Shown here piece by piece: positions 14,758 to 22,635 of a stretch of DNA of 25,699 nucleotides. The stretch spans positions 1-25,699 of the forward strand of contig DATNHU010000106.1 of NCBI GenBank assembly GCA_035604795.1. The letters are read 5' to 3'. The first letter of the stretch is position 1. Each line of letters starts with the position of its first letter. This stretch comes from Candidatus Limnocylindrales bacterium (GTDB lineage Bacteria > Acidobacteriota > Terriglobia > Acidiferrales > UBA7541). A program made the position numbers and the translations under genes. A model generated the notes under the pieces. It made no database searches. It saw only the letters and a list, made by a program, of their open reading frames with translations, and had not been told where the DNA came from.

Positions 14758-14904
14758 CGTAAGCCCTTGCTGGATGAGCCCTTTACGGGCAAAAGGAATG
14801 GGAGGGCACTCTTAAGTCCTTTAGAATGACATTCATTGGACGATAGATGCCCGTAAGCCATTTAGAATGATATTCATACGTAAACGATAGGGGGGTGGCC
14901 CCCC
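14758..14904. repeat. Tandem imperfect repeat (41-bp period, 2 good copies + 1 degenerate) followed by a G6-TGG-C6 hairpin
   Basis: taagtcctttagaatgacattcat (14813-14836) vs taagccatttagaatgatattcat (14854-14877) are 21/24 identical, and each is followed by acgatag. A degenerate copy starts ccgtaagcc at 14758. GGGGGG-TGG-CCCCCC lies at 14890-14904. Confidence 0.75.
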
Positions 14905-14964
14905 GCAAACAGATTGGAGGAATAAACGAAATCTATTGCTCTCAGCAAGAACTATCCCTAACAC

Positions 14965-17421
14965 TTATTCGTGTCTCAGCGCGACCATAGGATCCACGCG
15001 CATCGCGCGCCGAGCCGGGACATAGCAAGCCAGCAGCGCCACGCCAAATAAAATAAACGCCACGGCGCTGAAAGTAAGCGGATCAGTTCCGCTGACGCCA
15101 AAGAGCAACGCGGCCATCAGTCGCGTCAGCACCAGCGCTGCGGCAACGCCTAGGCCCACGCCAATTAGCGAAAGTTTCGCCCCCTGCCCCAGGATGAGCC
15201 GCAATACGTCGCGTTGCTGCGCGCCCAGCGCCAAGCGGACTCCGATCTCGCGCGTCTGCTGCGTAACGGCGTAAGAAACCACGCCGTAGATTCCCAGACA
15301 CGAAAGCAAAAGCGCCAGCGCGGAAAAAATTCCCAGGAGGATCATGGAGAGTCTCCGGGCCGCGAACGAATTGGACACGATTTCATCCAATGTTTCCACA
15401 CTGTAGATCACTTCCCTGGGATCGAGTTGACGAATCGTCCGGCGGAGCGGTTCCACGGTAGCGGTTGGATCGCCTGTGGTTCGCAACACGACCGCTACAT
15501 TTGCAGCAACCAGCGGCGTCATGTTGGAAGGAAGCTGCATGAAAGGATAGAAAAATTGCGCCTCGATGGCCGATTTTGCGTCCGCGTCCAGCCCCCACTG
15601 TTTCACGTGGCCGACGACGCCAACAATTTCCACCGGCACGCCGAAGAGTGCCAGATTGACGCGCTTCCCGAGGGGATCTTCGTTTGGGAAGTAGGTTCGT
15701 GCGAAAACATCGTCAATCACGATGACCACGGGAGAATTTTCATTGTCCTCATCCCTGATCCATCGCCCGCGCTGGAGCGTGATTCCCATGGCCTGCTGAT
15801 AGCCGGATTCAACCAGATAAAACATTGCCTGATTCATTTCGTTTATATTCGCAGGCTTGGGCTGGCCCTCCCTCCAGAACGGTAACGTGGAATCATGTTT
15901 CATGGGTCGCGAGCCAAGCGTAATCGTCACCGCCTCCACACCCGGGATGGATGCGACCTTTCTGTCGAATTCGCGCAACCGTGCACGCGTTTCGGCCGCG
16001 CTGGTCGAAGAGTTGGCCGGCAGCGATAAATTGAATGTGATGGCGTGGCTGGGATTGAAGCCGGGATTGACTGTCCAAAGCGCCGCCAGGCTGCGAATCA
16101 TCAGTCCGGCGCCAACAAGTAAGACCAGGGCCATGGCTACTTCGCCGGCCACGAAGATTCCTTGCAGGCGATGGCGGGCGCCGCTGCCGCCGCGACCGCT
16201 TTCCTTCAATATTTCTTGCAAGTCCGTGCGCGATGTTTTCAACGCTGGAGCGAGGCCAAAAATGATTCCGGCAAACAGCGACAAGGCCATTGTGAAAATC
16301 AATACACGCGCATCCAGTGAGATTTCGTTGGAACGCGGCAACGCGGCGGGCAAAGTCTGGATAAGCGCCCGGGTCGCCCAAGCCGCCATCAAAAGCCCCA
16401 GCGCCCCGCCCAGGCCGGCAAGCAGAATGCTTTCGGTGAGAAGCTGGCGAATCACGCGACCCTGGCTGGCGCCCATTGCCGCGCGAATTGCAAACTCGCG
16501 CGACCTCCCCGCCGACCGCGCCAATAAAAGATTGGCCACATTTACGCACGCAATCAACAGCACAAATCCGACCGCGCCCAGAAGCACCAGCAGAAATGGC
16601 CGAACATTGCCGACCATATCGTCCTTCATGGAAGCCAGCGTGATGCCAATGCCCTTATCGGCCTCCGGAAATGCCACCGCGAGATTTTGGGCCACGCCGT
16701 CCATGTCCGCTTTCGCTTGCGAGAGCGGCACGCCGGGCTTGAGCCGCCCGATCGCGTGTGCGCTCATATCAATTCTGCGGTCGCGAAAGGAAGGATCGCT
16801 CCACTGGCCGATGGGCGTGTACACATCGCGATCGTGGCCATAGAAACTGAAGGTCGCGGGAATCACGCCGACGATGATGTACGGTGTGCCATTCAGAATG
16901 ACCGGTTTCCCCACAATCCCGGGCGAAGAACCGAATTTGCGTTTCCAAAACCCCTCGCTGAGAATCACCACCGGTCCCACGCCCACTTGATCTTCTTCGG
17001 GCCGAAATGACCGGCCGAGAATCGGGTTCACTCGAAGGGTGGAAAAAAAGTCCGCGGAAATCATGTAGCCGCTCACACGTTCGGCCAGATCAGCGCCGGT
17101 GAAATTAAAATCCTGATTCCGGTACATGGCCATGGAGGAAAACGTTTTGGACTCGCGTTGCCAATCAAGAAAATTCAGGTAGGTAATCGGGCCCGCATTC
17201 GCCCCTGGAGTTTTTCCATTGATCGAAACCAGTTCACCAGCCTGCGGATAAGGCAGAGGGTTCAACAGGACGCCGTTCACTATGGAAAACAGCGCTGTAT
17301 TTGCGCAAATTCCCAATGCCAGCGTCAGGATGGCAACCGCAGAGAAGGCCGCGTTCTTGCGCAGCGTCCGGACGCCAAACCGAACGTCTTGCCAACACGT
17401 TTCGAGCGAAGTGAAAGTCAT
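14965..17421 (-). CDS. ADOP-family duplicated orphan ABC permease
   Basis: WQDVRFGVRTLRKNAAFSAVAILTLALGICANTALFS, LLIACVNVANLLLARSAGRSREFAIRAAMGA, EIVGVVGHVKQ, GIYGVVSYAVTQQTREIGVRLALGA, YVPARRAMRVDPMVALRHE. Confidence 0.95.
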   Translation of the reverse strand: MTFTSLETCWQDVRFGVRTLRKNAAFSAVAILTLALGICANTALFSIVNGVLLNPLPYPQAGELVSINGKTPGANAGPITYLNFLDWQRESKTFSSMAMYRNQDFNFTGADLAERVSGYMISADFFSTLRVNPILGRSFRPEEDQVGVGPVVILSEGFWKRKFGSSPGIVGKPVILNGTPYIIVGVIPATFSFYGHDRDVYTPIGQWSDPSFRDRRIDMSAHAIGRLKPGVPLSQAKADMDGVAQNLAVAFPEADKGIGITLASMKDDMVGNVRPFLLVLLGAVGFVLLIACVNVANLLLARSAGRSREFAIRAAMGASQGRVIRQLLTESILLAGLGGALGLLMAAWATRALIQTLPAALPRSNEISLDARVLIFTMALSLFAGIIFGLAPALKTSRTDLQEILKESGRGGSGARHRLQGIFVAGEVAMALVLLVGAGLMIRSLAALWTVNPGFNPSHAITFNLSLPANSSTSAAETRARLREFDRKVASIPGVEAVTITLGSRPMKHDSTLPFWREGQPKPANINEMNQAMFYLVESGYQQAMGITLQRGRWIRDEDNENSPVVIVIDDVFARTYFPNEDPLGKRVNLALFGVPVEIVGVVGHVKQWGLDADAKSAIEAQFFYPFMQLPSNMTPLVAANVAVVLRTTGDPTATVEPLRRTIRQLDPREVIYSVETLDEIVSNSFAARRLSMILLGIFSALALLLSCLGIYGVVSYAVTQQTREIGVRLALGAQQRDVLRLILGQGAKLSLIGVGLGVAAALVLTRLMAALLFGVSGTDPLTFSAVAFILFGVALLACYVPARRAMRVDPMVALRHE

Positions 17422-17478
17422 CCTGTCGCGGCCGTCCCATTCGATGAACGTGCGCCACCGAATGCGAAGAAAGTATCT

Positions 17479-20145
17479 TCATTCGTGGCGCAGCGCAACC
17501 ATGGGGTCCACACGCATCGCGCGCCGCGCGGGAATGTAGCAGGCCAGCAGCGCGACGGCCGCAAGCAACGCGGCAACAATCACAAGCGTGAGCGGGTCCG
17601 TCGGTTTGATCTCAAAGAGCAGGCTCTTCAACAGTCGTGTGACACCCAATGCGCCAACGATCCCTACCACGACGCCGATCGAGGTCAGCCGCATCCCGTG
17701 TTTCAAGACCAGGCGCACCAAATCCGCCGGGCCCGCGCCAAGCGCCACGCGAATGCCAAACTCGTGCACCCTTTGAGACGTTGCGTAGGACACCACACCA
17801 TAAACTCCGATTCCCGCCACGATCAGGGCAACAGCGGCGAAGATTCCCAGCATCAGCATGTCAAATCTTCGCGCACTCATCGAATTGGAGAGACGCTGCT
17901 CCATCGTGCTCACGTCGTATACCGGGAGATTAGGATCCAATTGCGACACCGCGTGTTTCAATTCAGAGGCTACTCCCGCCGGATCAGATTCGGTGCGGAG
18001 CGCTACCTGGATGTATTGCAATCGGCTCTGGTCCAGAGGGACATACACCTGTGGCGGCGCATCCGTTTCGAGGCCCTCGTGCCTCTCGTCACCCACGACT
18101 CCGACGATTTGCATCCAGGGTGGATCGGGGCCACCGCCCATGCGGATGGATTGTCCCAGCGGATTGGCATTTCCCACGTATTGGGTTGCAAACGCGCGGT
18201 TGATGATCGCAACGCCCGGCGCATCTGCTCCGTCCCGTGCATCAAACGCGCGTCCCTCCAATTGCGGAATGCCGAGCGTACGAAAGTAATCCGCGCTTGC
18301 GGCAATGACGGGGAACATGGGAAGCACTCTGGAAGGCGCTTGTGCTTGACCCATCACGCGTATAACGGATTTGGTGTCGTACACCATCATCGGCAGGCTG
18401 TTACCCACGGCCGCCATCTTCACGCCCGGCAAGCCCTTTGCGGCATCCACCAATCGGGCGACAAATGCGATTTGTTGCTCCCGCTTTCCATAATTGATGG
18501 ACGACAGCTTGATTTGGGCGACCAGAAGATTCCGCGCATCGAACCCGGGCGAAACGTCCATCAGCCTCACGAAGCTGCTGATGAGCAAACCAGCGCTCGC
18601 CATCACCATCAACGCCATGGCCAACTCGCATACCATCAGGACTCCTCGTAACCGGACACGGGCCGGCGTGGTGCCCGAACTTCCGTGGCCTTCCTTTAGA
18701 GGTTGATTCAAGTCGGTATGAAATGTCGCGAACACCGGGGCCAAACCGAAAAGGATTCCAGTGAACACGGCAACCAACACAGTGAAGCCAAGAACCCGGT
18801 TATCCATCACCACCATCTCGGGATGGGGAATTCCAGGTGGAGCAATCGCGCGGAACAATTGAATCCTTTCGCGCGCAACGAATAATCCGAAGCCCGCAGA
18901 AATCACCGCCAGCAACACATTTTCCGTGATCAATTGGCGGACCAGCCGGAATTTTCCTGCGCCCAAAGCCATGCGCACGGAAAATTCCCGTAGCCGAACG
19001 GATGACCGTGCCAGTTGCAAATTCGCCACGTTTGCGCAACTGATGAGAAGCAACAGGGAGACAGCTCCAAGCAGAATCAAGAGGTCGGCGCGGGTATCGC
19101 CCGCAAGTTTGTCATGCAGATTCACCAGACGCACTTCCACGCTGCTCGCGATGCCGGCAATTTCTGCGGGATATTGCTTCGCGATCTGCCGGTTCATAAT
19201 CTTCAACTCGGCAAGCACCCGGTCCGAATGGGTCCCCGGTTTCACTCGTCCCAGGACACTCACAATCTGCTGAGGAGTTTGAGGGCTCCAATCCGGTTTG
19301 GCGGGCAGCTTTAGCGGCACAAACAGATCAGGGCTCACATCATTGTCGGGGAAGCGGAAATCAGGGGACATAACTCCCACAACCCTATAAGCGTGATTGT
19401 CCACCTGAACGGACCGATCCAGTATTCTGGGATCTCCGCCGTAGCGCAGCTCCCAGAGGTGGTGGCCCAGGATGGCGACGGGCGGCCCACCCGCGCGATC
19501 TTCTTCATCTACAAAGTCGCGGCCGATTGCCGGTGTGACTCCAAGAAGGGGGAAAAAATTCGCCGTAATCCCCGACACGGCTGCTCTTTCCGGATCGCCG
19601 TCACCGGTCAAATTATTTGCGGAGTCGTTGTAAGCGGCCATCTCCTCGAACACGGTGTTCTGTTCCCGCCAGGCAAGGAAATCGGAACTGCCAACCAAGG
19701 TCCCATTAAACTGAGGCACAAAATCAGAGATCCAGTACAGCCGCGCGGAATCCCTGTAGGGCAGAGGCCGCAGCAGCACGGCATTTACCACGCTGAAAAT
19801 CGCGGTGTTCGCGCCGATGCCCAGCGCGAGGGTAAGGATCGCGGTGGCCGTGAAGCCGGGGTTCTTGCGCAACATTCGCGCGCCGTAGCGCAAGTCTTGC
19901 CAAAAATCTTCCAGCCAGTTGAAGGTCCACATTTCGCGGGTAACCTCGCGCACTGAATTTGCGTTACCGATACTCCGCCGCGCGGCGTAGTGAGCCTCTC
20001 GCACTCCAGACCCGCTCGCGGCGAATTTCTCCTCGCGCTTGGCCAGATGGAATTGCAGCTCTTCCTCGAGATCACGGTCATGCTGCTTGCGCTTCGCGAG
20101 CGCTTTGATCCGCAGCCAGGTTCGCGTGAGCCATTCCTGCAACAC
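17479..20145 (-). CDS. ADOP-family duplicated orphan ABC permease with N-terminal permease-prefix segment
   Basis: The start was set at GTG 20145, with RBS GAGGAGG directly after the padR stop. Motifs: DRDLEEELQFHL...AARRSIGN...REMW, WQDLRYGARMLRKNPGFTATAILTLALGIGANTAIFS, ISCANVANLQLAR, IPARRAMRVDPMVALRHE. Confidence 0.95.
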   Translation of the reverse strand: MLQEWLTRTWLRIKALAKRKQHDRDLEEELQFHLAKREEKFAASGSGVREAHYAARRSIGNANSVREVTREMWTFNWLEDFWQDLRYGARMLRKNPGFTATAILTLALGIGANTAIFSVVNAVLLRPLPYRDSARLYWISDFVPQFNGTLVGSSDFLAWREQNTVFEEMAAYNDSANNLTGDGDPERAAVSGITANFFPLLGVTPAIGRDFVDEEDRAGGPPVAILGHHLWELRYGGDPRILDRSVQVDNHAYRVVGVMSPDFRFPDNDVSPDLFVPLKLPAKPDWSPQTPQQIVSVLGRVKPGTHSDRVLAELKIMNRQIAKQYPAEIAGIASSVEVRLVNLHDKLAGDTRADLLILLGAVSLLLLISCANVANLQLARSSVRLREFSVRMALGAGKFRLVRQLITENVLLAVISAGFGLFVARERIQLFRAIAPPGIPHPEMVVMDNRVLGFTVLVAVFTGILFGLAPVFATFHTDLNQPLKEGHGSSGTTPARVRLRGVLMVCELAMALMVMASAGLLISSFVRLMDVSPGFDARNLLVAQIKLSSINYGKREQQIAFVARLVDAAKGLPGVKMAAVGNSLPMMVYDTKSVIRVMGQAQAPSRVLPMFPVIAASADYFRTLGIPQLEGRAFDARDGADAPGVAIINRAFATQYVGNANPLGQSIRMGGGPDPPWMQIVGVVGDERHEGLETDAPPQVYVPLDQSRLQYIQVALRTESDPAGVASELKHAVSQLDPNLPVYDVSTMEQRLSNSMSARRFDMLMLGIFAAVALIVAGIGVYGVVSYATSQRVHEFGIRVALGAGPADLVRLVLKHGMRLTSIGVVVGIVGALGVTRLLKSLLFEIKPTDPLTLVIVAALLAAVALLACYIPARRAMRVDPMVALRHE

Positions 20146-20153
20146 GCCTCCTC

Positions 20154-20495
20154 CTAAGTCGTCTGCATCACGCGCGCGATGGCGGAAGTCATCTTCCGCC
20201 AGTGTTCCGATTCCGCGGCCAGTGCTGTGCGCCCGCGCGTGGTGAGGGAGTAATACTTGGCGCGCCGGTTGTTTTCGGAGGCACCCCATTCGGAAGCGAG
20301 CAGCCCGCGCAGCTCCAGCCGGTGCAGCGCCGGATAGAGCGCTCCTTCCTCCACTTTCAGAACTTCCGAGGAGGTTTCCGCAATCCATTCCGCCACGGCG
20401 TAGCCGTGCCTCGGGCCGTGCGCCAGCGACTTCAGCACCAGCATGTCCAGCGTTCCCTGCACCAGATCGCCCTGCTTGTCGTGAGCGTTACCCAT
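20154..20495 (-). CDS. PadR-family transcriptional regulator, acidobacterial type
   Basis: MGNAHDKQGDLVQGTLDMLVLKSL..GPRHGYAVAEWI...LKVEEGALYPALHRLE..GLLASEWGASENNRRAKYYSLT..GR..L..E...W. It lies directly upstream of an ADOP permease, the canonical pairing. Confidence 0.95.
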   Translation of the reverse strand: MGNAHDKQGDLVQGTLDMLVLKSLAHGPRHGYAVAEWIAETSSEVLKVEEGALYPALHRLELRGLLASEWGASENNRRAKYYSLTTRGRTALAAESEHWRKMTSAIARVMQTT

Positions 20496-20509
20496 AAATC
20501 CTTTAGGGG
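20491..20509. promoter_or_regulatory. Imperfect palindrome overlapping the padR start codon; candidate PadR operator
   Basis: CCCATAAA-TCC-TTTAGGGG: 7 of 8 positions pair. It covers the ATG (20495-20493) and the predicted transcription start. Confidence 0.5.
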
Positions 20510-20538
20510 AGCATCGCACAATACGTCCACGTGCGCAA
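20510..20538 (-). promoter_or_regulatory. Putative promoter of the padR-ADOP-ADOP unit
   Basis: Minus strand reads TTGCGC (20538-20533), a 17-nt spacer, then GATGCT (20515-20510). The -10 box is non-consensus. Confidence 0.35.
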
Positions 20539-20574
20539 GGCCCTTCGCCCAGCCTATGGCTTTAATATGGATTC

Positions 20575-20641
20575 GTGTAGCTCAGGTCGGGTTGAAGACC
20601 TGAGGTCTTTCGCAGCTATCGTCGCGGATGTACCTGTCAAC
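20575..20641 (+). repeat. 67-bp GTAG-hairpin repeat, copy B
   Basis: gtgtag-CTCAGGTC-gggttgaa-GACCTGAG-g, then 25 nt, then tacctgtcaac. Confidence 0.8.
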
Positions 20642-20693
20642 AGCGACTCTTTGTTTCTGCTCTATTGTTGCTGGACTTGCCCACGACCGACCT

Positions 20694-20760
20694 GTTGCCA
20701 GCCACGTAAGCTCAATTGGCTTCCAACAACCTCACGTTTTCACTTCGAGGTGAGCTACAC
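20694..20760 (-). repeat. 67-bp GTAG-hairpin repeat, copy C (inverted, tail-to-tail with copy B)
   Basis: Reverse complement reads gtgtag-CTCACCTC-gaagtgaa-AACGTGAG-g, then 25 nt, then tggctggcaac. Confidence 0.8.
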
Positions 20761-20782
20761 AACCCACAGCATAGGTGGGTTG
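20760..20782 (-). terminator. Hairpin immediately after the MutS-like gene stop (possible terminator or stabiliser)
   Basis: Perfect 8-bp stem CAACCCAC/GTGGGTTG with a 7-nt loop, starting 2 nt after the TGA. There is no clear U-tract. Confidence 0.4.
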
Positions 20783-20783
20783 C

Positions 20784-22574
20784 TCAGAGGTCCAGGCCGA
20801 TCAGCCGCATCAATTCAATAGCGTTGCTTTTCGCTACCACTCCATCGCGCAATTTGTAATCGAACCGCATTTTGCCGTCCTCAACGTAGTCCTGGAAATG
20901 TTTGTTCCGCACCTGATTGCCGAGCACGTGAGGCAAATCGGTCAGCGCCAGATCGTGCGTGGTCACCACGCCGATAGCGCCGTGATTCAGCAGCGCGCGG
21001 ATTAAACCTTCGGCACCCGCACGGCGATCGTTGGAATTGGTGCCTTCGAGCAGTTCGTCGAACAGGAATAACAACGGCGCGCCTTGGTTCATCAGCTCGA
21101 AGACCTGACGAATTTGCAGGATCTCGGTATAAAAACTGGAGCGATTTTCCTGCAGCGAATCCGTGCTACGAATCCGCGAACCAATGGCCAGCGGCGTCAA
21201 TCGAAGCGATTTCCCCCGGATGGGCGCTCCGGCCATGGCCAGAACGGTGTTGATTCCTGCCGTTCGCAAAAACGTGCTCTTGCCCGACATGTTCGATCCG
21301 CTTACCAACATCACGCGCAACTGAGCGTCCAGCCGCGCCGAATTTCGTACGCAGCGGGCGGAAGGAATCAATGGATGTCCCAGCTCCACGCCATCAAACA
21401 ATGCCTGCGAATTTTCGGGCTCCATAATTTCAGGGAATGGATCGGCGGGATGCTCGTAGGAATATGCCGCGAGAGAGAGCAACGCTTCCATTTCCGCAAC
21501 AATTTCAATCCAGCCGCGCATGCGCTTGCCCCAGCGCGCGCGCCAGGCCTCCGCAGCAAACGCCACCTGCACGGAATAGAGCAGCGGCAACTCCGCCAGC
21601 AAGGCCAGAGGGCTTTCGCGGCCGTCAATGTAAGAAACGATCAGCGCAAGTTTGCGAATCGCGCGAGAAGCCGGCTCAGCGCCATGCTTCAATTCAGCGG
21701 AAAAGCTCTGCAACCGCGGCGACGTGAATTGTTCCCCCTCAATGCGCTTGAGGATTTCCGCGAACAGGAGCAGCCCTTCCTCATTGGTGGCCAGCCCGCC
21801 GATCACGGTTTGCGCGCGCGGCCTCAGCCATCGCAAGAAGACCGCCTCAATCGCCAGAACCAAGAGCACCGGAATGTGTGTGTGCGCGGTGAAGTCAACG
21901 ATCAGAGCCGCGAGGAAGCAAACTGCAAGCAGCGCCGCCACCGCGCGCATCGGGCCTGCGGGTAGAATATGAGCGCTTTCGGACCAGCCCTCGAGCGTTT
22001 CCGGATTGAGCTTGACGCGCAGGTCTTCGCCCATGACGGCCAAATCCTCACGCAAATCCAGATTGTCGCGCAACGATTGAAGCAGCCCCTGGCGCTCCAG
22101 GATTGTTTCTCTCGGTGAAGGCACGCACAGCCAATTGGCCAGCCGGTTTTCACCCATGGGCAGACGCGCTGTGGAGAGCAGCTCAAAAAGTCCGCCACGC
22201 CCGAAAAGATCCAGATCCTCCGCGTAAATGTGTTTTGAGTCGCGGAATCTTTCGCCGGGTTCGCCCGTGCCTGGCCAGCGGTCTTCGATGCGCGCAATTC
22301 CGCGGCGATAAAATGCCGCCGCCGTCTCGGCATGGGTTCGCGCGCGGATCACGCGGTCATGCCAGACGGCCAGGATCACATAGAGGACAACTACCGCAAT
22401 GAGCCAGTAAGGCGAAAATAAATTCCTGGCAAGGGAAAGCCACGCCAGCACCAGCCCCGCAGCAATCGTGCCCAATTTCCAGTAACCAAGTTGAAGATGA
22501 ACGCGTTCTTTACCGGCGATGGTTTTCAGGCGGGCTTCAAGCCGCAGCGCGTATTCGGTCTTCGGGTCAGACAC
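20784..22574 (-). CDS. MutS-related ATPase (MutS domain V) with N-terminal transmembrane helices
   Basis: GTG start with GGGAG RBS. Hydrophobic segments lie at about aa 30-70 and aa 210-245. Motifs: YAEDLDLFGRGGLF, LGHPLI, SGSNMSGKSTFLR (Walker A), SSFYTEI, LFLFDELLEGTNS (Walker B), VTTHDL. No mismatch-binding domain I is recognisable. Confidence 0.88.
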   Translation of the reverse strand: MSDPKTEYALRLEARLKTIAGKERVHLQLGYWKLGTIAAGLVLAWLSLARNLFSPYWLIAVVVLYVILAVWHDRVIRARTHAETAAAFYRRGIARIEDRWPGTGEPGERFRDSKHIYAEDLDLFGRGGLFELLSTARLPMGENRLANWLCVPSPRETILERQGLLQSLRDNLDLREDLAVMGEDLRVKLNPETLEGWSESAHILPAGPMRAVAALLAVCFLAALIVDFTAHTHIPVLLVLAIEAVFLRWLRPRAQTVIGGLATNEEGLLLFAEILKRIEGEQFTSPRLQSFSAELKHGAEPASRAIRKLALIVSYIDGRESPLALLAELPLLYSVQVAFAAEAWRARWGKRMRGWIEIVAEMEALLSLAAYSYEHPADPFPEIMEPENSQALFDGVELGHPLIPSARCVRNSARLDAQLRVMLVSGSNMSGKSTFLRTAGINTVLAMAGAPIRGKSLRLTPLAIGSRIRSTDSLQENRSSFYTEILQIRQVFELMNQGAPLLFLFDELLEGTNSNDRRAGAEGLIRALLNHGAIGVVTTHDLALTDLPHVLGNQVRNKHFQDYVEDGKMRFDYKLRDGVVAKSNAIELMRLIGLDL

Positions 22575-22635
22575 ACTTCCGCTCCCACGAATTGCCGGTA
22601 GAGTTTACTCCGCGGAAAGATATCGCGCCTCTAAT

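Noticed and set aside
14758-14904. Possible mini-CRISPR array
   Set aside because: Only two good copies, the inter-repeat segments are about 17 nt and partly conserved, and there are no cas genes in the window.
17158-18651. 497-aa plus-strand ORF
   Set aside because: It is an antisense shadow of two well-supported ADOP genes, with no recognisable motifs. Long shadow ORFs are expected at this GC content.
20146-20388. 81-aa N-terminal extension of the 969-aa ADOP ORF
   Set aside because: It overlaps padR in another frame. A strong RBS and GTG at 20145 give the typical N-terminus.
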